Below, piece by piece: positions 7,508 to 14,686 of a stretch of 25,741 nucleotides of DNA. The position numbers were made by a program, and so were the translations under genes. How positions within the stretch are numbered: the stretch's first letter is position 1; each line of letters opens with the position of its first letter. Origin of the DNA: a virus (Duplodnaviria; Caudoviricetes); the IMG/VR virus record IMGVR_UViG_3300005077_000097, positions 1 to 25,741 of that record. The stretch is one strand, 5' to 3'. The notes under the pieces were generated by a model. It did no database searches. It saw only the letters and a list, made by a program, of their open reading frames with translations, and was not told where the DNA came from.

Positions 7508-8272
7508 ATGTCTCAGCTTCATGAAGTACTTGCAGTAGAAACGGGCTTAGAGCAAGCCGCTTTAAATGTGGCTAGCGAAGCTGTTGTCACTTTCACCAAA
7601 AAGACGGATCATTTTACTGGGCATGTAAGAACCCTTGAAATGTTCTCCGAAGACCGAAAAAAGGAGGAAGCCGGCCAGGAAGAAATTAAAGAGCTCACCA
7701 CGACTGTCCCTGAAAAACTGGCATATGTGGCGGGCCACTTGATTCGGTATTATGATGCCTTGGCACAAAAGGAATCAACCAATCAAGTAGCAAAAGCTGA
7801 TGTTGAATTACCTGATGGCACCAAGTTCCTAACAGCCATGCCTGTCACTCTTCTACTTGGCCTTGAAAACAAGCTCAGCCGTCTTCGGGAAATGTACAAC
7901 TCAATCCCGACGTTAACTCCAGGGATTGAGTGGGTGCAAGACCCTCAAGCTAGGTTGCAAGGCGTCTACAAAGCTACAACGCCGGATGTCAGCCTTCGGA
8001 CTGAAAAGGATTTTAACTACCGGGTTCTTTATGAGGCCACGGATAAGCATCCCGCACAAATTGAAAAGTGGAATGTTGATAAAGCCGTCGGCCAGTACCG
8101 CCGTGAAAAGACTTCCGGGATGTTATCTCCGGCTCAGAAGTCAGAACTTCTTGGGCGCCTCGACACCCTAATTGCTTCAATTAAGCGAGCTCGTATGCGG
8201 GCGAATACTACAGAGGTTATCAAGGTATCTGTAGGTAAAGCTATCTTCGACTACCTGCATACGGGACTCTAA
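7508..8272 (+). CDS. Helical protein of unknown function; candidate partner of the downstream ncRNA
   Basis: SD AGGAG; 254 aa; motifs LHEVLAVE, KESTNQVAKADV, PVTLLLGLE, EATDKHPAQ, SG, KRARMRANTTEV and IFDYL. Confidence 0.85.
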   Translation: MSQLHEVLAVETGLEQAALNVASEAVVTFTKKTDHFTGHVRTLEMFSEDRKKEEAGQEEIKELTTTVPEKLAYVAGHLIRYYDALAQKESTNQVAKADVELPDGTKFLTAMPVTLLLGLENKLSRLREMYNSIPTLTPGIEWVQDPQARLQGVYKATTPDVSLRTEKDFNYRVLYEATDKHPAQIEKWNVDKAVGQYRREKTSGMLSPAQKSELLGRLDTLIASIKRARMRANTTEVIKVSVGKAIFDYLHTGL

Positions 8273-8469
8273 ATATATAAAGTTTAAGGGCCAAACTTAT
8301 CGTCAGCTTCAGCTTTATTGTCCAGCGCGAGATTTACGACCTTGCGCGCAGTTATTGTCTTGAGCCCACAGCTTCAATGACTTTGTGTTAGTTATGATTA
8401 GTTGGTAGAGCCTTATTAAAGCCTTTAATGGGGGTTCGAATCCCCTACCCCTCTCCAAAAAATTATAAC

Positions 8470-8511
8470 CTCTCATGTTATGGATGACAATATTTAAGAT
8501 AAACATGGGAG
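8470..8511 (+). promoter_or_regulatory. Hairpin sequestering the SD of the HNH gene
   Basis: CTCTCATGTT (8470-8479) pairs with AACATGGGAG (8502-8511), which contains the GGGAG SD for ATG 8517. Confidence 0.55.
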
Positions 8512-8516
8512 ATAGT

Positions 8517-8972
8517 ATGAAAAGGTGTGCTCTGTGTAATGAGTTGAAACCAAAAAGCGAATTTAGCAAGTCAAGAATTTCTACAGATGGGCAGCAGATG
8601 TATCTTTCGTATTGTAAACGCTGCCGCGCTGATAAAGGAAGATTGTATTACCAAACACTCAACCTTGAACAGCGTAGAGAAATTTTTAGGCGGAGAAACG
8701 CATCGAGACGAAAGGAGTTGCTCGAATGCTTATTCAAATATCTTCAAGAACATCCGTGCGTTGATTGTGGTGAAACGGATATCACCGTGTTAGAGTTTGA
8801 TCACATCAAGAAACGATATAAAACGGTTGGCCAATTAATTGCACAAACTCGGCATTGGCCTAAAGTTCTTAAGGAGATTGAAAAGTGTGAAGTGCGTTGT
8901 GCTAATTGTCATCGCAGGCGTCATGCTAAAAAAGAAGGTTGGTTTCGATTTGAAATTGCATGCAGAGATTAA
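8517..8972 (+). CDS. HNH endonuclease, paralog of 873-1316
   Basis: CALC...CKRC, then YLQEHPCVDCGETDITVLEFDH...EIEKCEVRCANCH. Confidence 0.88.
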   Translation: MKRCALCNELKPKSEFSKSRISTDGQQMYLSYCKRCRADKGRLYYQTLNLEQRREIFRRRNASRRKELLECLFKYLQEHPCVDCGETDITVLEFDHIKKRYKTVGQLIAQTRHWPKVLKEIEKCEVRCANCHRRRHAKKEGWFRFEIACRD

Positions 8973-9124
8973 CTTTTTCCCATATGAGGGGTTCGTACAA
9001 TGGAAGTACAGAGGCCTTGTCAATCTCACACCCTCTACGCAACGAAAGGGCTAGCTCAGTCAAATCATGCTTTGGAAACTCCAATTGAAATGGAATTATT
9101 CCAATCACATCCATGATAATGAAA

Positions 9125-9163
9125 GGAAGGGAAGGTAGGGTAACCTTCCCTTCCACCTTTTTT
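9125..9163 (+). terminator. Rho-independent terminator
   Basis: 12-bp stem GGAAGGGAAGGT/ACCTTCCCTTCC, then ACC and TTTTTT. Confidence 0.8.
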
Positions 9164-9173
9164 AGGAGACCCT

Positions 9174-9476
9174 GTGGAGAATTCAAAACCAAGCCACCAA
9201 TTCAATACCTGTTTTTATTTAGCCATGATTGTCTGCCTGCTACCTTCTGCATACATCCTCGCATTTCAACCCGATTTTACTCCCCATGATTGGAATTATC
9301 TTCGCAAGACTTACGAGTGCGTTTGGGGCTTCTGTGTGGGTGTTAATTGTGTAGTATCTTATGGGTTGTGTCGCCGTGATGTCACGCTTTCATCCGTATT
9401 AGCCGTTATTTCAGGACCGATTATGTTTCTAACAATTTTGTTCGTCACAATTTATTTGGGTCTCAAGAGGAATTAA
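9174..9476 (+). CDS. Membrane protein (about 3 TM)
   Basis: SD AGGAG then GTG; hydrophobic segments. Confidence 0.6.
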   Translation: MENSKPSHQFNTCFYLAMIVCLLPSAYILAFQPDFTPHDWNYLRKTYECVWGFCVGVNCVVSYGLCRRDVTLSSVLAVISGPIMFLTILFVTIYLGLKRN

Positions 9477-9554
9477 ACGTTATTCGCTCACGGATCTAGA
9501 GCTGGATTCTTTACACTACCTTGCGAAGATTGTCCACGACGGGATTCAGAATGT

Positions 9555-9782
9555 TTGCACTCCGAGGTATGTGTCCAGAGGTATACTACAATGTGTAAAG
9601 ATTTTAAGAAGCGGGTCTTAAGACGCCCTTTTTCTGCACTATCTGCATTATTCACTGCAATCTCATGTGGCTTTCTTGTTTGGCTGGCGTTGCATTACTT
9701 TGCATTGGTCATCGTATTACCCGGCTGCAGCATATCCTTAGCTTTAATTTGCTGGATAATTTTAAAGTCTACTAACCAATAA
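9555..9782 (+). CDS. Membrane protein (2 TM); possibly the continuation of 9174-9476
   Basis: Same frame as the upstream ORF and open from 9477; no good SD. Confidence 0.45.
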   Translation: MHSEVCVQRYTTMCKDFKKRVLRRPFSALSALFTAISCGFLVWLALHYFALVIVLPGCSISLALICWIILKSTNQ

Positions 9783-9858
9783 TCTGTTTCTCCATCCACT
9801 TATCTTATCAAAATATAAATATCACCTCAAGAACAATCCAATAATTTAAGGAGTTACC

Positions 9859-10590
9859 ATGGCAGGCGAAAAGAGCTGCGTTACCCTTCTATCAGGAGGG
9901 ATGGACAGCGCCACGTTACTTGCACTCGCTACGCACAGTTTCAATAAGGTTTTTGCATTAACCTTAATTTACGCTCAACGTCATGACCGTGAAGTTGAAT
10001 CCGCAAAGAGGGTAGCGGAATTTTACGGAGTGCCCCACAAAATCATGGACATCAGTAACATCAATGCTCTCTTACAAGGATCAGCACTGACCTCTTCGGA
10101 GATCGACGTACCAAAAGGGCATTACGCTGAGGAGAATATGAAGCTGACCGTCGTCCCAGCTCGTAATACTATTTTGCTAAGTCTTGCCGCAGGGTTTGCG
10201 ATTAGCCTGGGTTACACGCATGTTTCCTTTGGTGCTCACGCTGGAGATCACGCAATCTACCCCGACTGTCGACCTGAATTTGTTGACGCAATGCAAAACG
10301 TCTTTTGCAAGTTCCACTTCTGGCCTATCGGTATTTGGGCGCCCTTTCTGGATTACACAAAGGGGGGAATCATTAACGCAGGTAAGCCCTTAAACGTACC
10401 CTATGAATTAACCTGGACTTGTTATGATCCTCAACCTAATGGTCTTGCATGTGGGAAATGTGGAAGTTGTACTGAGCGGATTGAAGCCTTCTACGAAAAT
10501 AGGCTGATCGATCCTGTTCAGTATGTTGGTGGATGGGATGTTGCATTAAAGAATGCGTTAGAGGTTTTAGAGAAAGGACCTTCACGCTAA
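9859..10590 (+). CDS. queC: 7-cyano-7-deazaguanine synthase
   Basis: LSGGMDS, YAQRH, VPARN, YPDCR, TWTCY and CGKCGSCTER. Confidence 0.96.
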   Translation: MAGEKSCVTLLSGGMDSATLLALATHSFNKVFALTLIYAQRHDREVESAKRVAEFYGVPHKIMDISNINALLQGSALTSSEIDVPKGHYAEENMKLTVVPARNTILLSLAAGFAISLGYTHVSFGAHAGDHAIYPDCRPEFVDAMQNVFCKFHFWPIGIWAPFLDYTKGGIINAGKPLNVPYELTWTCYDPQPNGLACGKCGSCTERIEAFYENRLIDPVQYVGGWDVALKNALEVLEKGPSR

Positions 10591-10620
10591 AAAATTTTTC
10601 TCTTAGGATGGTCCCGATCG

Positions 10621-11070
10621 ATGCTAAAAGACTTACTTGAGTGTTTGGATGACGAGCAAAAGTTTCAAATTTATATTGAGAAGCTAAGAAGTGATTTAGC
10701 TGCCATTGCCCGTATTAAAGACGCTAATATTGACTTTGAGAAATTGCCCGCCGATATGCAGTATTACTTAAGCATGAAGGCTGAATTTGAATTTTTGAAA
10801 CGATCGATTGATAAACAGATGAAACTTACTTCGATTCCCCGCTTGATTGAACTAGTCAACAAAGGGAACTATGTTTCCGCGAAACTCATCGATACCGCCC
10901 TTGAGGGCATCCCAGCATATTCAGTCTACAGCGATCAATTATCTCGAGTCACTTTAGCCATCGACACCATTCAATCTGGAGTGACGGGTATGTGGTTTAA
11001 AAAGGATGCGCTAGTTAATTTAACTGCATCAAAACGACGTCAAATGGATTCCGAACGCTATGAATTTTAA
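10621..11070 (+). CDS. UvsY-like recombination mediator (putative)
   Basis: About 150-aa helical protein ending 'KKDALVNL...RRQM', located before SSB and RecA. Confidence 0.5.
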   Translation: MLKDLLECLDDEQKFQIYIEKLRSDLAAIARIKDANIDFEKLPADMQYYLSMKAEFEFLKRSIDKQMKLTSIPRLIELVNKGNYVSAKLIDTALEGIPAYSVYSDQLSRVTLAIDTIQSGVTGMWFKKDALVNLTASKRRQMDSERYEF

Positions 11071-11102
11071 CTTTGCCTTATTGAATCTAATCTAAATGGA
11101 GA

Positions 11103-11948
11103 ATGCTAATGTCTGAATTTCTTTTGGATGCTTTGAAAAGTTCCCTTGATCCCGAAAGTTTTCGTAAGCTTGTTGAAGTAAGAGCCTCGATGGAAAAGCG
11201 CTTCATGCGTTTAACTGATGAGACGAATGTCGTTCGAGTTTTGCCTTCCTCTCAACCCGGCAAACTTTGGTTCAGAGAAGTGCAGAACCACTTCAAGGTT
11301 GGAGGGGCCGATAAGAAGGGTGTTTGTACATGTAATGCATCTGAAACTCCTCAAGGTCCTTGCTTTCCTTGTGATGTTATCAACTTTTTGAAAACGTCTC
11401 CCAACCCTCAAGACCAGGAATACGCGAAAGCGCTTCGCCCGAGTCGTATTTACTGGGTGAATGCATATAACCCAAAAGCTGATGTGCCTGTTGTGAAAAT
11501 TCTTCCGCTGAGCTACACTACGTTTCAACAACTATTTCAACTGTATCTGAGTGGAGAAGATATCTTTCTCAATGTTGAAAATGGTGTTAATGTTATTATC
11601 AACAAACAACCTGGAAACAAGTACTTCGTTCGTCTTGATAGGCAAACTTCTCCGATTGTTTCAATGGAGCTCCTAACCCAATGTCATGATCTTGAAGTGG
11701 TTGCACAAGATCAGCGGAAGACGTACGAAGAACAGATGGCGCTTTATCCGCCTGAGTTTGTCGTTCAAATGCGGTCAGCTGGTGTTCTATCAATCAAACC
11801 TGCAGGAGCTTCGACTTCTTCAGCCCCTCAAGCTCAAACCATGACTGCGGCTTCTGGACCTGATCCGAATGAAATCGCTAAGAACATGGAGAAGTTGATG
11901 GCCGAAGTCTCAAAGGTTCCTACCACTACTCTAGATGATCTAGACTAA
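11103..11948 (+). CDS. gp32-like single-stranded DNA-binding protein
   Basis: VRVLPS...H...C...CFPC Zn motif, YWVNAY, and acidic tail LDDLD. Confidence 0.75.
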   Translation: MLMSEFLLDALKSSLDPESFRKLVEVRASMEKRFMRLTDETNVVRVLPSSQPGKLWFREVQNHFKVGGADKKGVCTCNASETPQGPCFPCDVINFLKTSPNPQDQEYAKALRPSRIYWVNAYNPKADVPVVKILPLSYTTFQQLFQLYLSGEDIFLNVENGVNVIINKQPGNKYFVRLDRQTSPIVSMELLTQCHDLEVVAQDQRKTYEEQMALYPPEFVVQMRSAGVLSIKPAGASTSSAPQAQTMTAASGPDPNEIAKNMEKLMAEVSKVPTTTLDDLD

Positions 11949-11963
11949 TATGAAGGTGTTTGA

Positions 11964-13004
11964 ATGGAAGAAGAGAAACTTCAACAAGAGGAGAGTAAGA
12001 AGGAAAAAAAGAAGAAGAAGTCAATACTCGAATACGAGATAGACTTCGACTCTCCTGAGTGCCATTCAAACATTAGAGAGTTCATTCCTACTGGAATTCC
12101 TACCCTTGATTTTATCATTGGACGCCCAGGAATTCCAGTAGGGCGGACTACAGGTTTTGTTGGAGATCCTGGAGTTGGGAAAAGCTCTCTAGTTTATTCG
12201 ATCTTGGCACAAACACAGAAAATGGGTGGTGTCGCGGTCTTGAGCGATACTGAAATTGTTTTAGAGAAACATCGAGCTCAAATTGTGGGGCTTGATACGG
12301 ATAAGCTTGTTTTATTTCAAGGTCTTCAATTGGAAGATACAGTCCCGTTGATTGAAGACATGATCGCACACCGCAATAAAGTCAATTCTAGTGCCCTACT
12401 TTGCATCGCAATCGATACTATTTCAGCGTTGGCTAGTGAAAGTGATTTATCGATTAAATCTGATGCGATGCCTCAACCTGGATTCCATTCCCGATATCTG
12501 AGCTTCGCCTTCCGGCGACTAGTACACAAGCTAGCCGCTAGTAGGACCGCTCTTGTTCTTGTGCATCAACCTCGAGTGAAGATTGCTACGATGGGGTATG
12601 GGAGTCCTTTAACTTGGATCGGAAAGATTCCTACGACTCTTTACTCCTCTCTAATCATCCAACTTAATCGGTTTAAAAATATTAAGAAGGGTGAAGAGAT
12701 CGTTGGTATCGAAGTCCTCGCAAGATGTATTCGTAACAAAATTGCACCCCCACATCGCTCTTGTAAATTTCTTATCAAGTTCGACTCAGGGGTTGATGGC
12801 ATTTCACCTATTTTGGATATCCTCACTCTTGGGGGTAATGTTATAAAGAAGGGTGGATGGTATACTGATTTACAGGGAGTGAAATTTCAAGCATGTGATT
12901 TCAAGGAGTATTATGAGGAACGCAGGCTTGAACTCGACGAAAGGGTCACCGAAATTATTAGTACTCTTGATATCACGGAATTAATGGAAGAAGAGGGTGA
13001 ATAA
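11964..13004 (+). CDS. recA: RecA/UvsX-like recombinase
   Basis: IPTGIPTLDFIIG, Walker A GDPGVGKS, DTE, IAIDTI, RNKIAPP and GGWY. Confidence 0.92.
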   Translation: MEEEKLQQEESKKEKKKKKSILEYEIDFDSPECHSNIREFIPTGIPTLDFIIGRPGIPVGRTTGFVGDPGVGKSSLVYSILAQTQKMGGVAVLSDTEIVLEKHRAQIVGLDTDKLVLFQGLQLEDTVPLIEDMIAHRNKVNSSALLCIAIDTISALASESDLSIKSDAMPQPGFHSRYLSFAFRRLVHKLAASRTALVLVHQPRVKIATMGYGSPLTWIGKIPTTLYSSLIIQLNRFKNIKKGEEIVGIEVLARCIRNKIAPPHRSCKFLIKFDSGVDGISPILDILTLGGNVIKKGGWYTDLQGVKFQACDFKEYYEERRLELDERVTEIISTLDITELMEEEGE

Positions 13005-13154
13005 ATGGATATGGAGTTTGTTAAAAGATTCAATACAGTTGAATCGACCGTTAAAGATCTCCAACGACGTATCAAGAAGTTGGAGGAACTGAATTGTGGT
13101 TGTTCAAAAATGCCTTGGGATAAAAATGGCCCAATGCGAAAAGAAGGTACCTAA
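13005..13154 (+). CDS. 49-aa coiled-coil protein (not in the ORF track)
   Basis: MDMEFVKRFNTVESTVKDLQRRIKKLEELNCGC...; fills the gap between recA and the next gene exactly. Confidence 0.6.
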   Translation: MDMEFVKRFNTVESTVKDLQRRIKKLEELNCGCSKMPWDKNGPMRKEGT

Positions 13155-13445
13155 ATGGATTGGTTGAATAAAAACGTTACGCCACTACTTGCCATTATAA
13201 GCGTAGTCGGCGGCCTCGCGATTCTCTATCTCTTTTCAGCCACGAAAATGTCTCCAGAGAACGAGAAAATTGTGTTAATCATAATCGGAGTTTTGTCGGG
13301 GTTGATCACCCAAGTATCTTCATATTACTTTGGGAGTTCCAATAGTTCATCGAAGAAAGACGAAACGATGGGTAAAGTCTTGCTTAATGGTTATGGTAAA
13401 GCAAAGCCTTGTCCACCTCCGGCTACTCCTCCGGCTACTCCTTAA
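13155..13445 (+). CDS. Holin-like 2-TM protein
   Basis: Two TM helices followed by YYFGSS; C-terminal PPAT repeats from a 12-bp tandem repeat. Confidence 0.6.
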   Translation: MDWLNKNVTPLLAIISVVGGLAILYLFSATKMSPENEKIVLIIIGVLSGLITQVSSYYFGSSNSSSKKDETMGKVLLNGYGKAKPCPPPATPPATP

Positions 13446-13456
13446 CCCTAACAGCG

Positions 13457-13501
13457 TTCCTTCTCATGCTCTCTACTGTCAAACTGAAGCATGAGAAGGA
13501 A
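13457..13501. repeat. Perfect 14-bp inverted repeat upstream of terS
   Basis: TTCCTTCTCATGCT-17 nt-AGCATGAGAAGGAA. Confidence 0.8.
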
Positions 13502-13525
13502 TAAATTACTTTCAAAGGAGCCGTA

Positions 13526-14071
13526 GTGGCCCACAAAGATTTAGAAATACATAAGCAAGCGTTTGAACTTTACGTGCAGGGTCTTTCTTTAGAGGAAATT
13601 GGAATACAGTTAAATGTCAGTCCTAATACTGTGCGTTATTGGAAATCAGCTCGTTGTAGGTGTAGTTGTGGGTACCACGGCTGGATTGCGTTTAAAAAGA
13701 AGCTAGCCGTGCAGGTACCCGCAACGGTTGTTGAATCTGTTACAACCGCTCTTGCCCCTAAACTTACTGCACAGCAAATGATCGTACTTCTTGAGACTAT
13801 CGTTGCGGACTCCCTGACAAACCCTCAAGGGAAATTGAGGCCTCAAACTTGGCGAGAACTTCTTGAAACATTTAGGCTTATTGTTGAGCTACGAAAGGCT
13901 TATGGTGCTAACGAAGAAGAGTTCGAGATTTCCGAAACCCGGAAAATCTCAGGTCGGATGGATATCCACAACCTCGTTGATCAATTCATGCAAAAAGTGG
14001 AAGCTGAGAAGAGCTCGAAGGGTTCCAATGTAGTCCGCGATCTTCTCAGCCAGTCCCTTGAATCGGAGTAG
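13526..14071 (+). CDS. terS: Putative terminase small subunit
   Basis: N-terminal HTH (AFELYVQGLSLEEIGIQLNVSPNTVRYWK); located upstream of terL. Confidence 0.65.
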   Translation: MAHKDLEIHKQAFELYVQGLSLEEIGIQLNVSPNTVRYWKSARCRCSCGYHGWIAFKKKLAVQVPATVVESVTTALAPKLTAQQMIVLLETIVADSLTNPQGKLRPQTWRELLETFRLIVELRKAYGANEEEFEISETRKISGRMDIHNLVDQFMQKVEAEKSSKGSNVVRDLLSQSLESE

Positions 14072-14073
14072 TT

Positions 14074-14685
14074 ATGTATCGCCCAACTTGGCGTTGGACT
14101 CAAGGTATCGCAATTGTGGGGGCCGAATGTAGTGGCAAGAGTACCCTTCTTGCTAAACTTGAGCCCCTCATTGAGGCTCCAGTAATTCGTGAATTAGTCC
14201 GAACTTTAATTAGAGAATCCGGATTAGTTACACCCCCAGCGTTTGGGAGTGATTATAAAGTCACTAAGAGGTTCCAGGAGGAGTTGCACGGGATTCGAGT
14301 GAAAGCTCATTTGGATGCTGAGACTCCATTCCTAGAAGATCGTTCGACTATTGATAGTTATGCTTACTCCCTAGCGGGATGTGGTAGAGATCCTGCATCT
14401 CAGGAATGGTTTGAAGAGTTTTCCGTTCTTTGCCGTAAGCATGCCCGAAGTTTTTACAATTTTGTAATCCTCGTACCCAGTGGAAAGTTTGCAATGGAAT
14501 CTGACGGATTGAGAAACCCTCTTCCATATAATGCAATGATGATGTATTATTTAATACAGGGTTTACTAATTGATTGGGAAATACCTTTCCACACGTTGGA
14601 GTCGGTTAATATCGAAGATAGAGTTGCCGAATCAATTGAAGTTTTAAGACAGCTAAACCTCATCTCCGTAAAGTACTTTACATAA
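14074..14685 (+). CDS. NadR/Ttd14-type P-loop nucleotide kinase (AAA_28-like)
   Basis: GAECSGKST, EDRSTIDSYAY and DGLR. Confidence 0.8.
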   Translation: MYRPTWRWTQGIAIVGAECSGKSTLLAKLEPLIEAPVIRELVRTLIRESGLVTPPAFGSDYKVTKRFQEELHGIRVKAHLDAETPFLEDRSTIDSYAYSLAGCGRDPASQEWFEEFSVLCRKHARSFYNFVILVPSGKFAMESDGLRNPLPYNAMMMYYLIQGLLIDWEIPFHTLESVNIEDRVAESIEVLRQLNLISVKYFT

Positions 14686-14686
14686 T

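Larger units (their letters stand above)
8288..9163 (+). ncRNA. Putative large ncRNA with a circularly permuted tRNA-like domain, interrupted by an HNH gene
   Basis: 3' half GCCTT-TAAT-GGGGG TTCGAAT CCCCT-ACCCCTC-T-CCA (8421-8457). 5' half GAGGGGT-TC-GTAC AATGGAA GTAC-A-GAGGC (8986-9015). Further helices 8401-8410/9033-9043 and 8394-8399/9063-9068. Ends at a terminator. Boundaries are approximate. Confidence 0.75.

Noticed and set aside
8290-8400. CRISPR or mini-array
   Set aside because: The repeats are only 6-11 nt with no regular spacers, and no cas genes are present.
8385-8457. Ordinary contiguous tRNA (TAGTTGGTAGAGC resembles a D loop)
   Set aside because: There is no D stem or proper anticodon arm, and no upstream strand pairs with ACCCCTC. 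The perfect partner is downstream at 8986.
8986-9040. Self-contained T-armless tRNA-Thr(TGT)
   Set aside because: It needs a C-A mismatch, C37 and a bulged acceptor stem, and has no CCA. The permuted pairing is much better, though this could be an alternative fold.
8421-9122. Two-piece tmRNA with tag ATKGLAQ...HP ending TGA TAA TGA
   Set aside because: It lacks G3-U70 and A73, has a paired D stem, and the peptide has no hydrophobic/Ala degron end. The tandem stops may be chance.
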